In this document: piece after piece, positions 59,119-64,000 of the stretch
How the letters are laid out: the number at the start of each line of letters is the position of its first letter
Position numbering within the stretch: position 1 is the stretch's first letter
NCBI RefSeq assembly: GCF_039654945.1
Contig: NW_027361707.1
Location: forward strand, 43,958,001-44,022,000
From: Dendrobates tinctorius
Taxonomy: Eukaryota
Direction: 5' to 3'
DNA: 64,000 nucleotides
Notes under the pieces: generated by a model
The model's input: only the letters and a program-made list of their open reading frames with translations
Databases searched by the model: none
Told to the model about the DNA's origin: nothing
Made by a program: the position numbers and the translations under genes

Positions 59119-59978
59119 GTGCCAATTGGTGTGCATACCGTCCTTTTGTAGCAGTGCTGGTCAATTAGTTCCTCCATCACCTGAACCAAATGTCTAATTG
59201 GGCTCCTGAATTAAATCAATTAGATGTGGAATGTGTATCACCTAGATGAGTGCAGGACCCTGGGATTAGTCATTTGTAAGAGGGCAAAATTAGACATACA
59301 AACACGAATTAACCCTTCTTTATCCAGAAGTTTATCCATGAAACAGTGAAAAAAAAAAAAGCAAAAAGCGTCTACATTCATAAATTAGCAAGAACTCTCC
59401 TACCTAAGAGGATTTTTTTCTGGCTCGCCACAATACGTATTTTTAAAACAAAACAAAACAAAAAAAATTAATTTTAAAAAAAATTCATCTTTTTATGTAT
59501 CTGTTACATGCAGTCAATTTTCTTTTTTAAGAAGGGTTTCTAATAAAATTTAGGTTTTTTATTTCCATAAAAAATCCTCTTAGGTAGGAGAGTTCTTGCT
59601 AATTTATGAATGTAGAAGCTTTTTGCATTTTTTTTCCACTCTTTCAGCTCCTTTGGGCATACTAATTGCAGTATACTAAATAGCCTATGGAGGCATGTTA
59701 CATGTAAAGATAACTTTTCAGGCATCTTTCTAGTTATCTTTTTAGTGACTTTTTCTAATTTAAAAACTCCTGGATAAAGAAGGGTTAATTCGTGTTTGTA
59801 TGTCTAATTTTGCCCTCTTACAAATAACTAATCCCAGGGTCCTGCACTCATCTAGGTGATACACATTCCACATCTAATTGATTTAATTCAGGAGCCAATT
59901 AGACATTTCGTTCAGGTGATGGAGGAACTAATTGACCCAGCGCTGCTACAAAAGGATAGTATACACACCAATTGGCAC

Positions 59979-60021
59979 AACCCTGATGAAGAGGGAAGTA
60001 TTCCCTTGAAACGCATTGGTT
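59979..60021 (+). ncRNA. type I hammerhead ribozyme (mirror copy, stem III mutated)
   Basis: aacc CTGATGA a gagggaa gta ttccctt GAAA cgc ATT ggtt. Confidence 0.65.
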
Positions 60022-60689
60022 TTGTGCCTCTTCTGCGCCCCCGTCCTTGCTTCCAGTGTGACGTCACACAAGCTCCGCCCCCACCACTCGCCGTGCCCCT
60101 CTGCGTAGCTTCCGGCCGGAGCACTCGAGGTGGTTGCGTCTTCCACGTGCAGCCGCAGCAGCTGCAGGATCAGCGCTCCAGCCGAGCACCATCACCCAGC
60201 CTACCTCACCGAGCACCAGCCACCCCAAGTAAGTACACCAACCCAGCACTTCGTTTCCACAACTGGCCTAGCCTGTCATTCACTCACATCTGTCATACAG
60301 GGCCTGAGCTCCAACTGCTCTCCATCTGGATCAACTAACGATCACTAGCAGGTTCACCTAGGCAAGCACCTCGTTCCATCAGCGGACACAGACTGCTACT
60401 CCGCTACCCATCTATAACTTTAATTCAGCGCTTCACTTCCAGCAGCGCTCCTAAGGAATCAATCATTTAATACTGCAATTTATACCATTGCACAGTAAGT
60501 GCAGCTTCCAGTTACCTAAGTATTATCTCTACCTCAGGCCAAACTTGTCATTGTTACTTCTTACTGTCACTGCTATATCCCCAGTTAAGAATCAGGTTAT
60601 TCTGGATCTAAAATCACCTAAATCTGACATCGGTATCATTCACCATTGGACCTGGACATACTCAAGTGAGTACCATCTGTCCAGCGGGA

Positions 60690-62943
60690 GACCAGAGATC
60701 GAAATAGGAGAATTGGAGTGGCTAACACAGAAAGAGACATCATGTCATAGGTGACTCTGAAAATTAGTGGTTTGATACACATGATTGGAATGCAAACCTT
60801 GAAGGCTACATCTTATTTATTAAAAGCAGGCTTAACACGAGGAGATGTTGCATTGTGTGTTAGGAAAGCTTATATCTCTACAGAGATCCAAGCTTCAGAG
60901 AATGGTAGCTCTGTAGTAACTGTGTAAGAATACAAGGAGAAAAGAGCAGAATGTACATTATTTTAGGTGTTTGCTATAGGCCACCTGGACAGACTGAAGA
61001 TATGGCTGAACTTCTTAAATCATATGTATAAAGCCCACTGGCGCTTTGACAAACTTCTGGGATTCTAGCTGAAAAGTTTGGGTGACAGTACCACCTACTG
61101 TCAGATAATGTAGGAAAAAGAAAAAGTATATACCAAACAGCGCTCAGAAATGGGGGGAAAAAGGGAGAAGATATGTCCTCATGCAGGGTTTTGTAGTGAG
61201 TATGTGACAATACTCCCGCTGAGTTTAAAACCTCACTGCGAGAGGGTATCCTTAATTACACAAAAGTGGTAGTGCATATAAATCAGATGTCTTTGTTCTC
61301 AAAAAAGTATGCCAAAGTGATTATGGGTGATTTTAACTATTCAGATATTTGTTGGAAATCTTTCTCAGGCAAAAGTAATGGGTACAGAAAACTCTTATCT
61401 TCTCTTGCTGACAACTTTATCTTTCAAAAGGTAGAAGAGATAACAAGAGGATCTGCCATTTTGGACCTAATTCTTACTAACAAGGAATAAATGGTTGATG
61501 AAGTAAAGTTGGCTAGGAATTTAGGAGGCAGCGATTATGCTATCCTCAAATTTTGAATTACAAGAGGAGGAAGACCTGTGAGGAGGAAGACTTTAAAGTT
61601 TGACTTCAGAAAGGCAGATTTTAATTGACTCACAAAGAGGGTAGGAAAGGTCCAATAACTGGATGTTCTAAAGAACACAAATGTCCAAGAAGGATGAGAA
61701 CTTTTTCTTTAGGAAATTCTCACTGCACAGTCAATAATAATCCAAAAAAGAAGGAAGAATTGGAAATAAACAGGATGGATGAGCACAGAACTTACACACT
61801 AGATAAAAGGAAAAAAGAAATGTATATCAAATGGAAAGAGGGGGCATAACTAAAGAAGAAAATAATGCTGTCTGCAGGGAATGAAGGGCAAGCGTTAGAA
61901 GAGCTAAAGCCAGTAATTAAGTGAAACTTGCAAGGGAGACCAAAAGCAATAAAACAAGATTTTGAATGTATTTCAAAAGCAAAAAGAAAAGTCAAAGATG
62001 CTATAAGATTTTTACAGGATGAAAAGGGTGACGTGGTCAAAAATGATGTTGAGAAGGCCAAACTTTGAAAATCCTATTTTAAATCTGTGTTCTCTAAGAA
62101 ACCAAATGTAACATCAACTGATCTTCACTGTTTTATCGAAGGAATAAAAGAATCCACACTACCTATAAAGAGAGAGGTTGTGAGGGAACACTTAGCTACT
62201 TTAAATGAATTTAAATCTCTTTGTCCAGAAGAATTACATCCTAGGGTACTAAAATAGTTAGAAGATGAAATTAAAGAACCACTAGCCAGAATCTTTAAAA
62301 CATCCTGGAGAATTGGAGAAGTCCCAGAAGATTAGAGAAGGGCAAATGTTGTCCCTATCTTCAAAAAAAAGGAAAGAAGATGGAGACAGGAAATTACAGG
62401 CCAGTGAGCCTTACTTTTATACCAGGAAAGATCTTTGAACAAATTATTAAACAGCATGTATGTAAGTACTTGGATAAGCATACAGTAACTAACCAGAGCC
62501 AGCATGGGTTTGTAGCAAACAAGTCATGCCAGACTATTCTAATTTCCATTTATGATGGAATCATTAACTGGGTGAATCAAGGAAATGTGGCAGAAATAGA
62601 ATATCTAAACTTCTGGAAATCATTTGATAAAGTATCACATCCTATCCTTATTAAAAAAAAAATGATACAGTATGGGATTGACAAGGCTACGGTTAAGTGG
62701 ATTCATAACTGGCTCAGTGATTGAACTCAAAGAGTGGTAATAAATGGTTGCACATCCAATTGGAAGAGTGTTTCAAGTGGTGTACCACAAGGCTCTTTCC
62801 TACCCCAAGTGTTCAACATTTTTATAAATGATCTAGATAAGAGAACAGAAGGTAAACTAATCAAATTTGCAGATAATAGAAAGCTAGGAGTGATAGCTAA
62901 CATGAGAGAAGACAGAGAAAGCATTCAGAAGGATCTAGATAAG
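60690..62943 (+). mobile_element. CR1 LINE ORF2 (APE endonuclease and RT), decayed
   Basis: MGDFNYSDICW, RGSAILDLIL, GNYRPVSLT, SQHGF, SGVPQGS, KFADN; ends IQKDLDK. Confidence 0.92.
61028..61278 (-). mobile_element. short PLE-like insertion in the CR1
   Basis: 12 bp near-TSD TAAATCA(T/G)ATGT (61016-61027, 61279-61290); end motif cactggcgct shared with 62955. Confidence 0.6.
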
Positions 62944-63176
62944 TAACAATAAACACACTGGCGCTAGTAAACTTGAAAATGTGTAAAAGATCCCAGAAGC
63001 GGCTCTGTGCCGATGCCTGTTAAAAAGAGCTGAATCAGAGATTGAAAAGGATTCACCGCACTAAAGGCCCCGTCACACTAAGTGATCTTGCTGATTTTGT
63101 GACACATCAGCGATCGGCCCCCCTGGCGGTTATCACTGATCGTGCTCGAGCGGCCTGAGCCGTTTTTCGATCTTTG

Positions 63177-63425
63177 GTGATAAAGACCCATGTAGGGTCG
63201 AAACACGTAGCTGTTATTCCAGTGCCTCATAGCACATCCATCCATTCTTGAGGAGTAAGCCGCTGTACTATTCTAATTTTTTCAATAAAGCAAGAAATTT
63301 TATCAGCTGGAACGCCCCTCATGTTTTTGTCTACTATCAACTATCGTTTGGTCCAGACGAGGTTCCGTGCTGTGGCTGTGGTTGGTGAGCTGGCTAGGGC
63401 TTCTTTTAGCCCATTTTTTGTTCTA
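63177..63425 (+). mobile_element. PLE pLTR fragment beginning with a truncated hammerhead
   Basis: gTGATAA a gaccc atgta gggtc GAAA cac GTA, then AATAAA and a T-rich end. Confidence 0.6.
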
Positions 63426-64000
63426 CTTGTTAAAAAAAATTAGCAGTTGTTTTTAATTTAAATATATTTTGATCTGCTTGTAGAGCCTTCATGTAATATA
63501 CTACAGTGCTGGCTGCTCAATACTGTTCTGTCCACATTCTTTCAGACAAGCTCCACCTTACAGCTTTCTCTGTAGTTAGTCTCTGACCTTTCCTAAAGCT
63601 AATCTAAGCTCAATTCCATTATAATTATACTTATTTTTTTTATTTCTTATTTACCATGGATCTTAGATGAGCCTTAGGAGAGGTCAGAGAGTGATTACAG
63701 AGAGGGAGTGAGGCTTTAGAAAGAGCTTATTTGATGGAATAAGAATAGAATGGGATCAAGCAGTATGCACTGTAATGTATGCACCGTAAGCTCTACAAGC
63801 CATGTGATTTTCTTTTTTAAAGCTGCAATCCCGTGCTGTAATGTCTGTATCCTCTCTTTTTCTTCCTCCACTGCCCAGGAGCTGGGATATGATCAGACCA
63901 TGGTCCTGTACGGTCAGACACAGCCATTACACAGTACACAGCAGGGGGACAGTTATAAGATTATCTCAGCACAGGAACATTATTTGTAAACACATCCAAT

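Larger units (their letters stand above)
58181..60683. mobile_element. Penelope-like pLTR element forming a ~2.3 kb inverted repeat
   Basis: 58405-59330 is reverse-complementary to 59770-60683; inner arms 59350-59420 / 59570-59635; a hammerhead in each long arm. Confidence 0.85.

Overview
Vertebrate genomic DNA, almost certainly an anuran (frog); this is inferred from the TE repertoire and intron sizes. The only host gene I can support is PACRGL (+ strand): six coding exons (2839-2906, 9904-9994, 23380-23514, 28522-28629, 29491-29571, 31031-31087) splice in frame to the C-terminal 179 aa, and its 5' exons lie upstream of the window. The rest is mostly transposon-derived: a class I (epsilon/gamma-like) provirus with both LTRs nested in an L2 inside a MITE, several Tc1 DD34E elements, L2 and CR1 LINEs, a V-SINE, two non-autonomous Helitrons, many MITEs, a solo LTR and a 4.5 kb 65-bp tandem array. 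The most interesting signal is a dispersed set of Penelope-like (PLE) insertions carrying minimal type I hammerhead ribozymes, most with 12-15 bp target-site duplications and three with inverted arms. These include a ~146 bp coding-free mini-element whose hammerhead has a compensatory A3-U8 core (3 copies, 2 inside the satellite) and a PLE-associated inversion that splits a CR1. A palindromic, CpG-rich Helitron dense in YY1/BANP/CRE/ETS-like motifs is also notable. All coordinates were read by eye; no alignment, folding or database search was run.
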